Of a stretch of 64,000 bases of DNA, positions 62,370 to 64,000 are shown piece after piece (the stretch's first letter is position 1; each line of letters opens with the position of its first letter). The position numbers and the translations under genes are program-made. The notes under the pieces are model-generated. The model saw nothing but the letters and a program-made list of their open reading frames with translations. It was not told where the DNA came from and did not search any database. Source of the DNA: Gammaproteobacteria bacterium (GTDB lineage: Bacteria > Pseudomonadota > Gammaproteobacteria > Ga0077536); contig SHZJ01000017.1 in assembly GCA_009692365.1 (NCBI GenBank), positions 6,771-70,770 on the forward strand, written 5' to 3'.

Positions 62370-63743
62370 CTACTTGATCAATAAATAGGCCGACTGCCGG
62401 CCACGCAACACCCCTAGCAGCAGTTGTCCGGGGCGCTGACCGACCACCGCGATAAACGACTCCACATCGCCGACTTCCAGCCGGTTGACCGAGAAAATGA
62501 CGTCGCCCTCACGCAGCCCAGCCTGCGCCGCCGGCGTGGTGGGCGACACCTTCACCACCACCACCCCGGCGATTTTGCCGAACATGGGCGAGTCCTCGGA
62601 GATATCGGCTACGCCAACCCCGGCCATTCGCGGATTGCCCGGCACGCCGGGACCACCCCTGGCCTCACGCTTGGCGACTTCGGTGCGCACGCGCAGCGGC
62701 TTACTGTCGCGCAGCAGGTCCAAGCTCAGGGCGTCGCCCACCCGCAACAACGCAATGCGATTGCGCAAGTCCGCAGCATCGCGGACCGGTTTGCCGTTGA
62801 TTGCGGTCACGACGTCACCGGGTTTCAAGCCCGCATGAGCGGCCGGGGAGCCGGCCGCGATGTTGACCAAAATGGCCCCGTGGTGGTCCTTGAGACCAAA
62901 CGCCGCGGCTAAATCGGGGTCGAGGTCCTGCATTTCTGCGCCCAAAAAGCCGCGATTAACCTCGCCAAACTTCACTAATTGCTCCATCACCAGCTGGGCC
63001 ATATTCATCGGGATGGCGAAACCAATGCCGATGTTGCCGCCACTTTGCGAGTAAATGGCGGTGTTGATCCCGATGAGTTCACCGCGCAGGTTGACCAACG
63101 CACCCCCGGAATTACCCGGGTTGATCGACGCATCGGTCTGGATCAGGTCTTCATAGCCGGTGATGCCCAAACCACTGCGCGCCAGCGCGCTGATGATCCC
63201 CGAGGTGACGGTCTGTCCCAGTCCAAAGGGATTGCCGATGGCTACGGCGAAATCACCCACCCGCAGGCGATCCGAATCCGCAATCGGCAGCGCCACCAAG
63301 CCGGTCGCGTTGATCTGAATAACGGCCACATCGGTCTCCGGATCGGAGCCCACCAGTTTGGCCGCGAACTGGCGGCCATCGGTCAGGCGCACTGAAATTT
63401 GGTCAGCGTTAGCGATGACGTGGTTGTTGGTCAGCACCAAGCCCCGCGCTGCGTCCACAATCACCCCGGAGCCGAGACTCTGGGTTTTGCGCTCGCGCGG
63501 GGCGTTGGGGGCATGGAAAAAACGCCGAAAGAAGGGGTCGTTGAAGAGCGGGTTGGATTTCAGTTCCACATGCCCTTGAGTGGCAATATTGACGACCGCT
63601 GGCATCACGCCTTCCAGCATGGGGGCCAAGGAGGGCACCGGAGCCAGCGCGCCCGCAGGCAGCAGCGCGGCGTTGGCGGCCAGCGCACTGCTCGCGGGCA
63701 ACACCGCCAGCCCAAGCGCCAAAAGTAAACCGAGTTTTCTCAT
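62370..63743 (-). CDS. DegQ/DegP (HtrA) family serine protease with two PDZ domains
   Basis: Signal peptide; SLGSGVIV, LTNNHV, TDVAV, INPGNSGG; two PDZ domains; start adjusted. Confidence 0.93.
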   Translation of the reverse strand: MRKLGLLLALGLAVLPASSALAANAALLPAGALAPVPSLAPMLEGVMPAVVNIATQGHVELKSNPLFNDPFFRRFFHAPNAPRERKTQSLGSGVIVDAARGLVLTNNHVIANADQISVRLTDGRQFAAKLVGSDPETDVAVIQINATGLVALPIADSDRLRVGDFAVAIGNPFGLGQTVTSGIISALARSGLGITGYEDLIQTDASINPGNSGGALVNLRGELIGINTAIYSQSGGNIGIGFAIPMNMAQLVMEQLVKFGEVNRGFLGAEMQDLDPDLAAAFGLKDHHGAILVNIAAGSPAAHAGLKPGDVVTAINGKPVRDAADLRNRIALLRVGDALSLDLLRDSKPLRVRTEVAKREARGGPGVPGNPRMAGVGVADISEDSPMFGKIAGVVVVKVSPTTPAAQAGLREGDVIFSVNRLEVGDVESFIAVVGQRPGQLLLGVLRGRQSAYLLIK

Positions 63744-63816
63744 CGCAAAATACTCTCGCCGCCCGCACGGCATCCCGATCGATTGTTGCTGTGCCAATTG
63801 AAATCAGTGGCTAGCC

Positions 63817-63999
63817 TTACAGCCGTGCCGCCAAGGTCTTCATCACCAGCGCCTGTAGTCGCATGACTACCGTGATCGCCAGCGGCAGCGGCGTGGCACC
63901 GTGGCGCTGCGCGGTAGCGGCGTGCCGGGCCTCATCGCGCTGCATCTGCAGCAAGATTGCGCGACTTTTCCGGTCAACGACGGGTAGTTTGACCAACTG
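63817..63999 (-). CDS. coq7: 3' end of Coq7-type demethoxyubiquinone hydroxylase (partial, runs off the window)
   Basis: Manual translation QLVKLPVVDRKSRAILLQMQRDEARH...VMKTLAARL* with an ExxH di-iron motif; absent from the ORF track. Confidence 0.8.
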   Translation of the reverse strand, partial: QLVKLPVVDRKSRAILLQMQRDEARHAATAQRHGATPLPLAITVVMRLQALVMKTLAARL

Positions 64000-64000
64000 G

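Overview
GC-rich chromosomal window, probably from a Gammaproteobacterium (uvrA-yajR-ssb arrangement, zapE, rmuC, degQ, coq7). It holds about 48 CDSs and three pseudogenes. I found no rRNA, tRNA, CRISPR array or recognisable transposase/integrase. Contents: (i) redox and catabolic genes (molybdopterin oxidoreductase, Rieske oxygenase, two intact and two decayed luciferase-like monooxygenases, two GSTs, an amidohydrolase, DUF1329); (ii) a RuBisCO-like protein plus cupin pair of the Rhodospirillum rubrum MTA-isoprenoid-shunt type; (iii) dense signalling genes: a REC-PAS-GGDEF-EAL protein with a hybrid kinase, a diguanylate cyclase, a SpoIIE phosphatase, two paralogous atypical-receiver/Ser-Thr kinase fusions, and a 9-gene chemosensory operon with an Aer2-like receptor and a CheA carrying MshEN-like motifs; (iv) an orphan HlyB/HlyD type I secretion pair with an 11x18-bp in-frame repeat in hlyD; (v) housekeeping genes. 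The least explained structure is an ~850-bp irregular direct-repeat array (core CCTGTCCCCGGA) just upstream of one Ser/Thr kinase gene. All calls come from reading motifs by eye; no database search was run, and starts marked as adjusted are my estimates.
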